This document shows, one piece after another, positions 26,931-37,070 of a DNA stretch of 58,822 bases. The position numbers were made by a program, and so were the translations under genes. The notes under the pieces are model-generated. The model saw nothing but the letters and a program-made list of their open reading frames with translations, did not search any database and was not told the DNA's origin. Position 1 is the first letter of the stretch; every line of letters begins with the position of its first letter. This stretch comes from Candidatus Omnitrophota bacterium (GTDB lineage Bacteria; Omnitrophota; Gorgyraeia; Duberdicusellales; 4484-171): the NCBI GenBank assembly GCA_018818105.1, contig JAHISK010000130.1, forward strand, positions 1 to 58,822, written 5' to 3'.

Positions 26931-28370
26931 CTATATTTGCCTATCATCTATTATTTTAAAAAGAGTCTTTACTACCCTGTCATCAACTTTGCCTTTCCGG
27001 ACTAAACTTTGTAACTCTTTTTTTATTGCGGTAACTTTCAAAGCTTTTCTATACGGCCTATTCGTAGCTAACGCGTTATAAATATCAGCTACCGTTAAAA
27101 TCCTTGTAATCAACGAAATCCCATCCCCTTTTAATCCATCAGGATATCCTGATCCATCCAACATTTCATGATGATGCCTTATGGGATCAAGTAAATGCTG
27201 AAACGTTTTTAACGGCCTAACAATACTTTCCCCAATAGTCGGGTGTTTCACCATGACTTCTTTCTCTTGAGGAGACAACCCACTTTCCTTCTTTAAAATG
27301 TTATCAGCTATCCCTATTTTACCTAAATCATGCAGCCGGGAAGCGTCGCGTAAAGTCAACAGATCCTCTTCTGATAAGCCCATCTCTTTTCCTATTTCAA
27401 CCGCGCGTTCACCCACGCTTTCAGAATGCCCCTGGGAATAAGGATCTTTAGCTTCTACCGCTAAAGCAAGAGCGGCAATAGTTTCAAAGTGTGTTCTTTC
27501 TATATCCCGATTTAGATTAAGATTTTCAAAAGAAATAGCCATCTGATAACTCAAGTTAGAAATCATCTTCAACTCGTCTTCACTAAAATTAGTCCCAGTT
27601 TTCTTGCCGCTTAAACAAAGAACGCCCCATACTTTTTCATGAAAAATTAATGGAGTACAAACCAATGGCGACCCTAACACCTTATCATTTCCTTCTTCTT
27701 TCTCTAAGGCAGGAATAAATAAAGTCTTCTTCTCATTCACCGCCCAGTTAATCGATGAATTAGCTAACCTTATAATCTCTTCCGACGAAATATCCGCGAA
27801 CCCCACAGACGCCTTAACCTCTGGACATTCTTCGCCAAAAGAAAAAATAACGCCTTTTTCTGTACCTAAAGCCTCCACCGCGGTTTCCAAAATCAATTGA
27901 ATGAGCAAATCAAAATTTTCGACAGATGCTAACGCTTTACCAACTTTAGAAAGAACTTCATGCAACTTTTTCTTTGTATACTCTAACTCTCTAATATTAC
28001 CTTCCAGCTTTCTAAAAACTTCGCCAAACGCTTTAGCTAACTCCGCGGTTTCTCCTTCACCTTTTGCTAAATCTAAAATAACTTTTTCATCTACTTTCTC
28101 AAATAACGCTTTTTTTAAATTACTGCTTAAAATAACTATCTTTTTCAAGGAATTTCGTACTCCGAAAAACCCCAAAATCGAGACAACAGCAACGCCTAAA
28201 GTAAACCAGGTAAGCTGTTCTCTATTAACTATTATAGTTTCATCACCTTTATACTGAGTAAAAAGGTAAAACAACAAGATTAAAGGCGTAACAGAAAAAG
28301 CAAAAAAGAATATTGTAAACCGCCTTAATAAAAAACTCGACCCTACAATTCCTGAGATTCTCTTCCCCAT
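26931..28370 (-). CDS. Membrane-bound GAF + HD-GYP c-di-GMP phosphodiesterase
   Basis: Two TM helices, HAMP-like linker, GAF, EAKDPYSQGHS, LHDLGKIG, HHHE..DGSGYPDG. Confidence 0.92.
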   Translation of the reverse strand: MGKRISGIVGSSFLLRRFTIFFFAFSVTPLILLFYLFTQYKGDETIIVNREQLTWFTLGVAVVSILGFFGVRNSLKKIVILSSNLKKALFEKVDEKVILDLAKGEGETAELAKAFGEVFRKLEGNIRELEYTKKKLHEVLSKVGKALASVENFDLLIQLILETAVEALGTEKGVIFSFGEECPEVKASVGFADISSEEIIRLANSSINWAVNEKKTLFIPALEKEEGNDKVLGSPLVCTPLIFHEKVWGVLCLSGKKTGTNFSEDELKMISNLSYQMAISFENLNLNRDIERTHFETIAALALAVEAKDPYSQGHSESVGERAVEIGKEMGLSEEDLLTLRDASRLHDLGKIGIADNILKKESGLSPQEKEVMVKHPTIGESIVRPLKTFQHLLDPIRHHHEMLDGSGYPDGLKGDGISLITRILTVADIYNALATNRPYRKALKVTAIKKELQSLVRKGKVDDRVVKTLFKIIDDRQI

Positions 28371-28387
28371 CTGTTTTTCGCTTCCTT

Positions 28388-28640
28388 AAATTCCAAATTA
28401 CAAGCACCAAATTACAAATAAATCTCAATATCCAATGACCTAAATTCAAAACGATACAATAACTTTTCTGTTTCGGTCATTTGGTAATTCGAATTTGTAA
28501 TTTATTTGTTATTTGTAATTTGTTATTTTCATACATTACCCATATATGTTCAAACCAATATAGAAAATATTTATGTTTCGGTCATTTGAATTTGATTTTT
28601 GTAAATTATTTGTTATTTGGTGCTTGTAATTTGTCATTTT
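28388..28640. repeat. Hairpin family A (caaattacaagcaccaaattacaaataaatctcaat...), one left arm and two right arms
   Basis: Matches 45040-45186, 50405-50570, 52316-52385 and 58436-58600. Confidence 0.85.
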
Positions 28641-28664
28641 AATCTTTCTTCTTTCGTCCCTCGC

Positions 28665-30347
28665 CTATGCCATCCCGCCAATCATACGGCTAATAGCTTC
28701 CCCCGCGGGAACCATAGGAAACACATTCTCTTCTTCCTCAATTAAAAAATCAGCAAATACCGGCCCCTTATGCTTAAGAATATCCGCCACAGCACCGATA
28801 ACATCTTTCTTTTTTTCAACTTTCACGCCCTTTACTCCATATCCAGAAGCTACCTTAACAAAATCGGGATTGTTTAAAGTCGTCCCTGAATAACGGCGGT
28901 TATAAAAAAGTTCCTGCCACTGCCTAACCATGCCCAAGTAACCATTATTAAGAATAACTACTTTTACGCCTATGTTATAACTTGCTACTGTCGCTAATTC
29001 TTGAATATTCATCTGAATAGACCCATCTCCAGCGATTACCACTACTTCTTTTTGGGGATTAGCAATTTTAGCGCCAATGGCGGCGGGAAACCCATATCCC
29101 ATTGTTCCCAACCCACCACTAGAAAGAAAATGCCGCGGAAAATCATACTGGTAAAACTGAGCCGCCCACATTTGGTTTTGTCCAACTTCAGTAACAATAA
29201 TAGCTTGCCCCTTCGTTTGGTTATAAATCTCCTCAATAATAGCTTGAGGTTTAATTTTGCCGTCTTTTTCTTTTTTATATTTAAGAGGATATTTTTTCTT
29301 CCAATCTCCAACTTGTTTCTGCCATTTGCCACAAGCCTTAAGTTGACAAGAAGCAAGTTCCTCATTAAGCTGTCCCAAAATGTTCTTAGCGTCACCTACT
29401 ATAGGCACATCAACTTTTATATTTTTACTTATCGATGTCGGATCTATATCAATATGAATTATTTTTGCTTGCGGCGCGAACTCAGAAACTTTGCCGGTAA
29501 CTCTATCGTCAAACCTACATCCAACAGAAATCAAAAGGTCACATTCTGTTATTGCCATGTTAGCGTAAACTGTACCATGCATCCCCGGCATACCTAATGA
29601 TAACTCATGAGTAGAAGGAAATCCTCCCATCCCCATTAAAGTAGTAGTAACCGGCGCGTTTATCTTTTCCGCGAACTTAAATAACTCGTCAGTTACGTTA
29701 GAAATAATTACTCCGCCGCCGGCGATAATACATGGTTTCTTACTATCGCGAATAACTTTAACTGCCTTCTTAATCTGGCCAGGATGACCAAAATAAGTCG
29801 GCTTATAACTTCTTAAATCTACCTCCCCTGAATAATCAAACTCTGCTGTCTGCGTCTGTATATCTACAGGCAAATCTATTACTACAGGCCCAGGGCGACC
29901 GCTCCTTGCTAAATAAAAAGCTTCTTTAACTGTCGGCGCTAAATCTTTTATATCTTTTATTAAATAATTATGTTTAGATATAGAACGAGTAACACCGATA
30001 ACATCTGCCTCCTGAAAAGCGTCGTTTCCAATTAAAGATGTTTTTACCTGCCCAGTTATAGCAATAAGGGGTACTGAATCCATATGCGCTGTAGCAATAC
30101 CCGTAGCCAAATTTGTCGCGCCTGGTCCGCTAGTAGCAAGACATACTCCTACTTTTCCTGAAGATCGAGCATATCCATCAGCAGCATGAACCGCTGCCTG
30201 CTCATGACGCGTTAAGAAAAAATTTATAGGCGCGTCATATAAAAAATCGAATATAGGAATAACTGATCCGCCGGGATATCCAAAAATATGTTCAACGCCT
30301 TCTTTTATAAGCGCTTGTCCTAAAATATTCGCACCGTTAATCTTCAT
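28665..30347 (-). CDS. ilvB: Acetolactate synthase large subunit
   Basis: FGYPGG, RHEQ, TSGPGATN, RFDDRVTG, GDGSIQMN, LGMVRQWQ. Confidence 0.97.
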   Translation of the reverse strand: MKINGANILGQALIKEGVEHIFGYPGGSVIPIFDFLYDAPINFFLTRHEQAAVHAADGYARSSGKVGVCLATSGPGATNLATGIATAHMDSVPLIAITGQVKTSLIGNDAFQEADVIGVTRSISKHNYLIKDIKDLAPTVKEAFYLARSGRPGPVVIDLPVDIQTQTAEFDYSGEVDLRSYKPTYFGHPGQIKKAVKVIRDSKKPCIIAGGGVIISNVTDELFKFAEKINAPVTTTLMGMGGFPSTHELSLGMPGMHGTVYANMAITECDLLISVGCRFDDRVTGKVSEFAPQAKIIHIDIDPTSISKNIKVDVPIVGDAKNILGQLNEELASCQLKACGKWQKQVGDWKKKYPLKYKKEKDGKIKPQAIIEEIYNQTKGQAIIVTEVGQNQMWAAQFYQYDFPRHFLSSGGLGTMGYGFPAAIGAKIANPQKEVVVIAGDGSIQMNIQELATVASYNIGVKVVILNNGYLGMVRQWQELFYNRRYSGTTLNNPDFVKVASGYGVKGVKVEKKKDVIGAVADILKHKGPVFADFLIEEEENVFPMVPAGEAISRMIGGMA

Positions 30348-30497
30348 TTAATTAATCCTCCTTACCTCTTATCTTCCCATCTTTCATATGAAAAAATGGT
30401 CTTTATTACTATTTTTAAAATTATACCATTAACCTCAAAAAACACAATGAAACGTTTAGATTAACGATAATTTTACTGATATTAACAAAATGGCAGG

Positions 30498-32069
30498 CTA
30501 TTTTTTCAAGTCTTTTAGGAGTTTATACTCTACAGAATCAACCAGCGCTTCCCAAGATGCTTCGATAATGTTTTCCGACACGCCAATTGTCGTCCAATTT
30601 TCATTCTCATCCTGAGATTCAATTAGTACTCTAACCTTGGCGGCTGTACCACTTTTTTCATCTAAAACTCTTACTTTAAAATCAGTCAGGTGCATATTAG
30701 ATACCGCCGGATAAAAGCGCTGTAAAGCTTTTCTCAACGCGTTATCTAAAGCGTTTACAGGGCCGTCGCCTTCGGCAGCAGTATGCTCTAAGCTATCATT
30801 TATCTTAAGTTTTATTGTCGCCTCCGAAATCAACTCGTTGTTCTCTCTCTTCTCCACACTAACTTTAAACCCATGTAATTCAAAAAATTTCTTATATTTT
30901 TTAAACTCTCGCTGTAAAATCAATTTAAACGAACCTTCCGCGGCCTCAAATTGATACCCCTGCGCTTCTAAATCTTTGATAAGCGTATATATTTTCTTAG
31001 CCTTTTCGCTTTTCTTATCTAACTGAAAATCTAATTCTTTAGCTTTAGCAACTAACGTCGATTTCCCAGCCATTTCAGATACGACAAACTTCCTTTTGTT
31101 CCCTACTAAAATCGGATCTAGATGCTCATAGGCTAACGGGTTTTTTATTACCGCGTCAATATGAATACCACCTTTATGAGCGAAAGCGCTTTTACCGGTA
31201 AAAGGTTGATTATCATGAGCAACCATATTGCTTACTTCACTCACGTACCGCGCTATTTTAGTTAAATCTTCCATACCTTTAGCAGAAATAATGTCATACC
31301 CCATCTTAAGCTGTAGAATTCCAATAATAGGGATCAAATCAGCGTTGCCGCATCTCTCGCCATACCCATTAATCGTTCCCTGAATTTGAACGCAGCCTTC
31401 TTCTATACAGCTTATAGAGTTAGCCACAGCTAACCCTAAATCATTATGACAATGTATACCAAACTGATTTTGTCCTATTTTTTCTTTAACCTCACTTACA
31501 ATCTTCTTCATCTCCCAAGTAAGAGTCCCGCCGTTAGTATCACAAAAAACAACCAAATCAGTCCCAGCATCTAACGCCGCGGTTATTGTCTTTAACGCGT
31601 ATTCAGGATTTGCTTTATATCCATCAAAAAAATGCTCAGCGTCATAAAAAACTTTTTTACCTTTCTTTTTTAAAAACCGCGCGCTATCAGAAATTATCTT
31701 CAAATTATCTTCTAGTTTTATCTTTAAGACTTCTTTTACATGCAAATCCCAAGTTTTACCGAAAATAATAACGTATTCTGTATCGGCCTCAATTAAACTA
31801 ATAAGATTCTTATCTTTAGCGGCAGGATTTATCGGATGCGCCGTTGACCCAAAAGGAACCAACTTTGATTTCTTTAACTTTTGCTTTTTAAAGTAATTAA
31901 ATAACTCTTTTGCTTTTGGATTAGAAAAAGGCCAGCCGCCTTCAATAAAATGAACACCGAATTCATCCAGACGCTTAGCAATATTAATTTGATCCTGCAT
32001 AGAATAAGAAATCCCTTCAGTCTGAGCCCCATCCCGTAAAGTTGTATCGTAAATAAAAACTTTCTTCAT
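30498..32069 (-). CDS. cimA: Citramalate synthase
   Basis: DTTLRDGAQ, IEGGWP.SNPK, FYDAEHFFDG, HKGGIH, GDGPVNALD. Confidence 0.93.
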   Translation of the reverse strand: MKKVFIYDTTLRDGAQTEGISYSMQDQINIAKRLDEFGVHFIEGGWPFSNPKAKELFNYFKKQKLKKSKLVPFGSTAHPINPAAKDKNLISLIEADTEYVIIFGKTWDLHVKEVLKIKLEDNLKIISDSARFLKKKGKKVFYDAEHFFDGYKANPEYALKTITAALDAGTDLVVFCDTNGGTLTWEMKKIVSEVKEKIGQNQFGIHCHNDLGLAVANSISCIEEGCVQIQGTINGYGERCGNADLIPIIGILQLKMGYDIISAKGMEDLTKIARYVSEVSNMVAHDNQPFTGKSAFAHKGGIHIDAVIKNPLAYEHLDPILVGNKRKFVVSEMAGKSTLVAKAKELDFQLDKKSEKAKKIYTLIKDLEAQGYQFEAAEGSFKLILQREFKKYKKFFELHGFKVSVEKRENNELISEATIKLKINDSLEHTAAEGDGPVNALDNALRKALQRFYPAVSNMHLTDFKVRVLDEKSGTAAKVRVLIESQDENENWTTIGVSENIIEASWEALVDSVEYKLLKDLKK

Positions 32070-32148
32070 ATCTCGTATCCTTTCAAATATTCTTCGTCTA
32101 TTATACCATCAAGCTGATGATAGTAACAGTTTTAGCTACCTTTCTTAG

Positions 32149-33366
32149 TTATTTTTTCAAAGCAAACACTGAATGAAGAACTTTCAACGCTGCTTTTCCT
32201 GAACTTTTTTTAACCACGCAAGAAATACTTATTTCCGACGTAGAAATCATATCTATATTAATCTTATTTTTTGCTAAAGCCGCAAAACATTTCGCGGCAA
32301 CGCCGGAATGAGATTTCATGCCAACGCCAACGACAGAAACTTTAGCGATATTCTCATCAGACAACACTTCTCCCGCTCCGACTTTTTGAGCGATTTGTTT
32401 AGATATTCTAATTGTTTTAGATACACTTGATTTAGGTACAGTAAAAGAGATATCCGTTATCTTCTTATGGCTTACGTTTTGAACAATCATATCAACATTA
32501 ATATTCGCCGAAGCTAGTTTATCAAATATCTTGGCAGCAATCCCCGGTTTATCGGAAAGATTACAAACCGTTATTTTAGCTTCATTCTCAGCAAGAGTTA
32601 CGCCTCTTACTACTGACTCTTCGATATAGGGCGCCTTTTCCATAATTATAGTACCCTCCTTTTTAGAAAAACTACTTCGCACATGCAAAGGAATATTAAA
32701 CTTTTTCGCGACTTCAACAGCTCTAGTCTGCATCACCTGCGCTCCTCTAGCGGCAAGCTCAAGCATTTCATCAAAGGTTATATACTCTATTTTCTTCGCT
32801 TCGGGAATAAGCCGCGGATCGGCAGTGTAAATTCCTTCAACATCAGTATAAATCTCACACATATCCGCGCCCGTTGCTACCGCTAATGCCACCGCGCTTA
32901 AATCAGACCCACCTCTGCCTAAAGTCGTTATTTCTAAAGCGGTACTTACCCCCTGGAACCCCGCGATAATAACAACTCTCTTCTGTTTCAGCTCTTTTTT
33001 AATACGTTCAGTCTCAATTTTTAAAATCTTTGCTTGAGTATGATAAGTATCTGTAATTATGCCTATCTGCTGACCGGTAAAAGATATCGCGTCAATACCT
33101 TTCTTATGCAAAGCCATTGCTAAAAGAGCGCTTGAAATCTGTTCTCCCGTAGAAATTAACATATCCATTTCTCTATTAGAAGGAGAAGAATTTATTTGTT
33201 CGGATAAACTAAGCAGATTATCAGTAGTATCGCCCATCGCAGAAACTACTATTACTAACCGATCTCCCCTCTTAACATAGAAAGCAATTCTATTTGCTAC
33301 ATTTTTAAGCTTTTTCACATTAGCTACAGAACTGCCGCCGTATTTCTGTACAATTAATTTACCCAT
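32149..33366 (-). CDS. lysC: Aspartate kinase
   Basis: VQKYGGSSV, TTLGRGGSD, TDVEGIYTADPR, two ACT domains, STSEI. Confidence 0.96.
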   Translation of the reverse strand: MGKLIVQKYGGSSVANVKKLKNVANRIAFYVKRGDRLVIVVSAMGDTTDNLLSLSEQINSSPSNREMDMLISTGEQISSALLAMALHKKGIDAISFTGQQIGIITDTYHTQAKILKIETERIKKELKQKRVVIIAGFQGVSTALEITTLGRGGSDLSAVALAVATGADMCEIYTDVEGIYTADPRLIPEAKKIEYITFDEMLELAARGAQVMQTRAVEVAKKFNIPLHVRSSFSKKEGTIIMEKAPYIEESVVRGVTLAENEAKITVCNLSDKPGIAAKIFDKLASANINVDMIVQNVSHKKITDISFTVPKSSVSKTIRISKQIAQKVGAGEVLSDENIAKVSVVGVGMKSHSGVAAKCFAALAKNKINIDMISTSEISISCVVKKSSGKAALKVLHSVFALKK

Positions 33367-33368
33367 AT

Positions 33369-34559
33369 CTATTTTAAAAAATACTTAAGCAATTCGCTAC
33401 CTTTATTAAAATAAAGTGAACTGCTTTGGGCCTCTACCTCTGAATAACACGAAAAGTTTTCACCCTCTATGCCATCTCCATAAATCAAAAAAGGTACCGG
33501 CTCATCAGTATGCGTCCTTTTAGAAATAGGAGTTGGATGATCCGGCGTAATTAAAATCCGAAAATTAGTATCTTTTAATTTATTCACTAACGTACCGATA
33601 ACTAACCTATCTATCCTTTCCAAACAAATAATTTTCATACGTAAATCCTGATTATGTCCCGCTTCATCGGGAGCTTCTATATGAATAAAAACAAAATCTA
33701 CTTCCTCTAACGCGTCCAATGCTGCCTGCGCTTTCCCCTTATAATTAGTATCATAATACCCTGTCGCGCCACAGACATTCACAACTCTAAACCCAATTAT
33801 TTTACCAATACCTTTTATAAGATCAACTGCTGAAATTACCGCTCCTTCCAACCCAAATTTATCCTTAAAAGACGGTATACTCGGCTTTCCTCCCGCCCCC
33901 CATAACCAAATCATATTAGCCGGCGTCTCTTCTAAATCGACTCTAACCTTATTTATTTCATGCTCTCCTAAAAGAACTTGAGAGCGCCTCATTAAATCAA
34001 CTAAAATATCACTATTACGTCCCCGCGGCAAATGTTTTTTTATGTCTTTGCCTATAATGTCGTGAGGAGGAAAATACTTCACCTTTTCTAACCCCAGTTT
34101 AGAAGCATTACGGTAAACCATAAGGTTACGATAACTTGTTCCATGATAAAATTCGACGTTCTTTGATCCTAAACTCCTGTTAAGATATTCCATAAGAATC
34201 CTTGATTCTCGATCTGTTATATGCCCAGCGCTATAATCAAGAATTTTACCTTCCGACTCAGTAATTAAGTTACACCTAAAAGCTAAATCTCCTTTTTTCA
34301 ACTCAACACCTAAATTCGTTGCCTCCAAAGGACCTCTGCCGGTATAAAATTTTTGTGGTTCATATCCAAATAGAGAAAGATTAGCAACGTCACTTGAAGG
34401 AGTATATCCCGATGGAACAGTCTTAACCCTACCTAAAACACCTTGGGAAGCTAAAGAATCCATAAAAGGAGTCTCGGCCACCTCCAAAGGGGTTTTCCCC
34501 CCTAAAGCTTCAATAGGATAATCACTAGCGCCATCTAAAACTACAACAATGTATTTCAT
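33369..34559 (-). CDS. apgM: Cofactor-independent phosphoglycerate mutase, ApgM/ThrH-like; start revised to ATG 34559
   Basis: DGASD, GKTPLE, SDVANLS, GRGPLEA, HIEAPDEAGH, PDHPTP, HTDEPVP. Confidence 0.9.
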   Translation of the reverse strand: MKYIVVVLDGASDYPIEALGGKTPLEVAETPFMDSLASQGVLGRVKTVPSGYTPSSDVANLSLFGYEPQKFYTGRGPLEATNLGVELKKGDLAFRCNLITESEGKILDYSAGHITDRESRILMEYLNRSLGSKNVEFYHGTSYRNLMVYRNASKLGLEKVKYFPPHDIIGKDIKKHLPRGRNSDILVDLMRRSQVLLGEHEINKVRVDLEETPANMIWLWGAGGKPSIPSFKDKFGLEGAVISAVDLIKGIGKIIGFRVVNVCGATGYYDTNYKGKAQAALDALEEVDFVFIHIEAPDEAGHNQDLRMKIICLERIDRLVIGTLVNKLKDTNFRILITPDHPTPISKRTHTDEPVPFLIYGDGIEGENFSCYSEVEAQSSSLYFNKGSELLKYFLK

Positions 34560-34571
34560 AATAATTGTAAA

Positions 34572-34602
34572 AGGGTCAAGGGGCAAGGGTCAGGGGTCAA
34601 GG
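34572..34602. repeat. Heptamer array gggtcaa/ggggcaa; reverse-complement family at 14050-14065 and 14143-14154
   Basis: agggtca aggggca agggtca ggggtca agg. Confidence 0.75.
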
Positions 34603-34817
34603 AAAAAAAACAGATAATTATTCAGCCTTTCTCCTTACTGCCTTGACAGATACAAAAACCGCATTTTATGGTCTGATTAAGAGTTTAATACAAACCATAT
34701 CTTCTTGCAAGATTTTTTTAAAATGATATATTAGTAGATTGGAGATGGCAGATTACAGATTGCAGATAATTTCATCTCCCATCTCGAATCTGCAACCTAT
34801 TAATAAATAATAGTAAT

Positions 34818-35579
34818 ATGATAAAACAAGGTGATTTAGTATTCATTTATAAAGACGACCGCAGAAACTTCTTAATTAAAGTCCAAGGAGGACGTCTGCA
34901 TACAGACAAAGGATTTATAGACCTTACCGCGGTTATAGGAAAACAATTTGGCGAAAAAGTAGACACTAACTTAGGTGAACCCTTCTATCTGCTAAAACCT
35001 TACCTTCATGAAATGATTATGAAGGTCAAACGCCAAACCCAAATTATCTACCCTAAAGATATTGGAATAATACTTACCCGCGGCCACATTTTTCCCGGAG
35101 CACGAGTAATCGAATCAGGAATCGGAAGCGGCGCGTTAACTACCGCCATGGCAAACTTTGTAAGGCCAACCGGCAAAGTTTACAGTTACGAGCGCAATGA
35201 AGACTTCTTAAAAAACGCGAAAAAAAATCTGGAAAAAAATGGACTAGCCGAATGGGTTGAATTTAATCATCAGGAAATTACTGATGAATACCCCCAAAAA
35301 GAAGTTGATTTTATAATGATAGATATTGGAAGCCCTTGGACATTAATTGACGCGGCATATAAATCACTTAAAGGCGGATGCCGCCTAGCCACTATTTGCC
35401 CAACATTTGAACAGTTAACTGAAACCGTTTTTACTTTAGAAGAAAAAGGATTCATAAATATTGAAACTATGGAAGTTCTTCTGCGGCGTATTCTCGTAAG
35501 ACGCGGCAAAACCCGCCCCGAACAAAAAATGCCGTCCCACACCGGATGGCTGGTATTCGCCACAAAAATCCTACGATAA
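34818..35579 (+). CDS. trmI: tRNA (adenine-58-N1)-methyltransferase
   Basis: RQTQIIYPKD, ESGIGSGALT, SYER, D...PW, PTFEQ, HTGWL. Confidence 0.93.
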   Translation: MIKQGDLVFIYKDDRRNFLIKVQGGRLHTDKGFIDLTAVIGKQFGEKVDTNLGEPFYLLKPYLHEMIMKVKRQTQIIYPKDIGIILTRGHIFPGARVIESGIGSGALTTAMANFVRPTGKVYSYERNEDFLKNAKKNLEKNGLAEWVEFNHQEITDEYPQKEVDFIMIDIGSPWTLIDAAYKSLKGGCRLATICPTFEQLTETVFTLEEKGFINIETMEVLLRRILVRRGKTRPEQKMPSHTGWLVFATKILR

Positions 35580-35608
35580 CTCAACGTAATTTTTATAAAC
35601 TCTAAATA

Positions 35609-35657
35609 GGACATTTCTATTTTGCTAAAAAAGGGACATTTTTACTTTGCCTTGACA
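35609..35657. mobile_element. Solo IS end resembling an IS1202/ISNCY-type terminal repeat
   Basis: Two tandem GGACATTT(C/T)TA(T/C)TTTGC boxes ending in TTGACA (TGTCAA on the other strand); no transposase nearby. Confidence 0.6.
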
Positions 35658-35662
35658 CTATA

Positions 35663-35702
35663 TACAAATTTGTATTGACAGTACAAATTTGTATGGTATA
35701 TT
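35663..35702 (+). promoter_or_regulatory. Sigma70 promoter (TTGACA-N16-TATATT, extended TG) with two perfect TACAAATTTGTA palindromes flanking the -35
   Basis: Palindromes at 35663-35674 and 35682-35693; ATG 6 nt after the -10. Confidence 0.75.
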
Positions 35703-35708
35703 TGAATT

Positions 35709-36893
35709 ATGAGATACCTAAAAAGAAACATAGAAAACCAAATCAGCCATTACCTTAAAATCTTTCCCGCCGTAGGCATAACCGGCCCCCGCCAATCAGG
35801 AAAATCAACAACTCTAAAAACAGTTTTCGGCAATAAATATACTTATCTAAGCTTTGATGATCCACTGAATGTGGATTTTTTCAATAACGATCCCCGCGGT
35901 TTTATTAAAGAATATAAAAAACACATCATTTTTGATGAAGTCCAACGCGTTCCTCAAATTTTTAACTATCTAAAAATTGAAATTGATAACCATCGACAAA
36001 ATTATGGACGTTATATCCTAACCGGCTCCAGTCAATTTAACCTTTTAAAATCTATAACCGAATCCTTAGCCGGCCGCATAGGGTTATTATCACTTCTGCC
36101 ATTGGAACTAAAAGAAACTCCCCCTTCTTTACGAAAATCACACATTCTATTAGGAGGATATCCCGAATTAATAACGCGTGAGTATAAAGATACAAAAGAG
36201 TGGTACGGCGCCTATTTACAAAACTATATCGAAAGAGATGTTAGAACCTTACATAATATAGGTAACTTAAGAGATTTTCACCGGCTGATTATGCTTTTGG
36301 CGGCGCGGGCATCAAAAGAATTAAATATGTCCGGCTTAGCCAAAAAAATCGGCGTTACCGTAAAAACTATCCAAAGTTGGATATCAATATTAGAAGCAAG
36401 TTATATAATTTTCCTCCTGCCTTCTTATCATAATAATCTAGGCAAACGTATCGTTAAGCGCCCTAAATTATGTTTTTACGATACCGGTCTTATCTGTTAC
36501 TGCACAGGCATAGAAAATACGAACCTCCTACGCCGGGGACCTCTTGATGGACAAATATTTGAAAACTACGTAATAGCTGAAATCAAAAAAAACATTATGC
36601 ATTACGGAAAAAATCAAGACCTCTATTATTTTAGAGATAACTTAGGATTAGAATGTGATTTAATTATTGAAGATAAAGATAACCATCAATTATCATTTAT
36701 CGAAATAAAAAGCAATGATACGCCTAAAAGAGAAATGATTACCCCTATAAAAATCTTAATCGAAAAATACCAACAAAGCGAATTATCTTCATTATATAAG
36801 ATTCAAGGTTATCTAATCTATCGCGGCAGCCAAAATGGCAATTTCAAAGAAAACATAAAATACATCAACTACCAAGACTTTATCTTAACCTAA
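35709..36893 (+). CDS. AAA_14 ATPase with DUF4143 and a C-terminal PD-(D/E)xK-like motif
   Basis: GPRQSGKST, FDEVQ, LTGSS, ESLAGR, GGYPE, DTGL, FENYV, ECDLI...IEIKS. Confidence 0.9.
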   Translation: MRYLKRNIENQISHYLKIFPAVGITGPRQSGKSTTLKTVFGNKYTYLSFDDPLNVDFFNNDPRGFIKEYKKHIIFDEVQRVPQIFNYLKIEIDNHRQNYGRYILTGSSQFNLLKSITESLAGRIGLLSLLPLELKETPPSLRKSHILLGGYPELITREYKDTKEWYGAYLQNYIERDVRTLHNIGNLRDFHRLIMLLAARASKELNMSGLAKKIGVTVKTIQSWISILEASYIIFLLPSYHNNLGKRIVKRPKLCFYDTGLICYCTGIENTNLLRRGPLDGQIFENYVIAEIKKNIMHYGKNQDLYYFRDNLGLECDLIIEDKDNHQLSFIEIKSNDTPKREMITPIKILIEKYQQSELSSLYKIQGYLIYRGSQNGNFKENIKYINYQDFILT

Positions 36894-37070
36894 AGCTATT
36901 TAATTACAAAAAATGACTCCCCACACTAGCTAGCTAGTATTCGCTACCAAAATTCTGCGATAATTCAAAAAAACAGTTCCTTACACTTCTATTAGTTATT
37001 ATTTAATTAATTATATTTTCACTAATATTCTATCCCTATATACTCTTCCCTATATACTAACGACTAAATA

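Noticed and set aside
29001-29597. 198-aa plus-strand ORF, and similar shadow ORFs (2775, 4555, 6898, 7750, 12625, 20443, 24639, 27901, 35270, 51057, 51492, 52599, 57307)
   Set aside because: Antisense or alternate-frame overlaps of well-supported genes, with no recognisable motifs.
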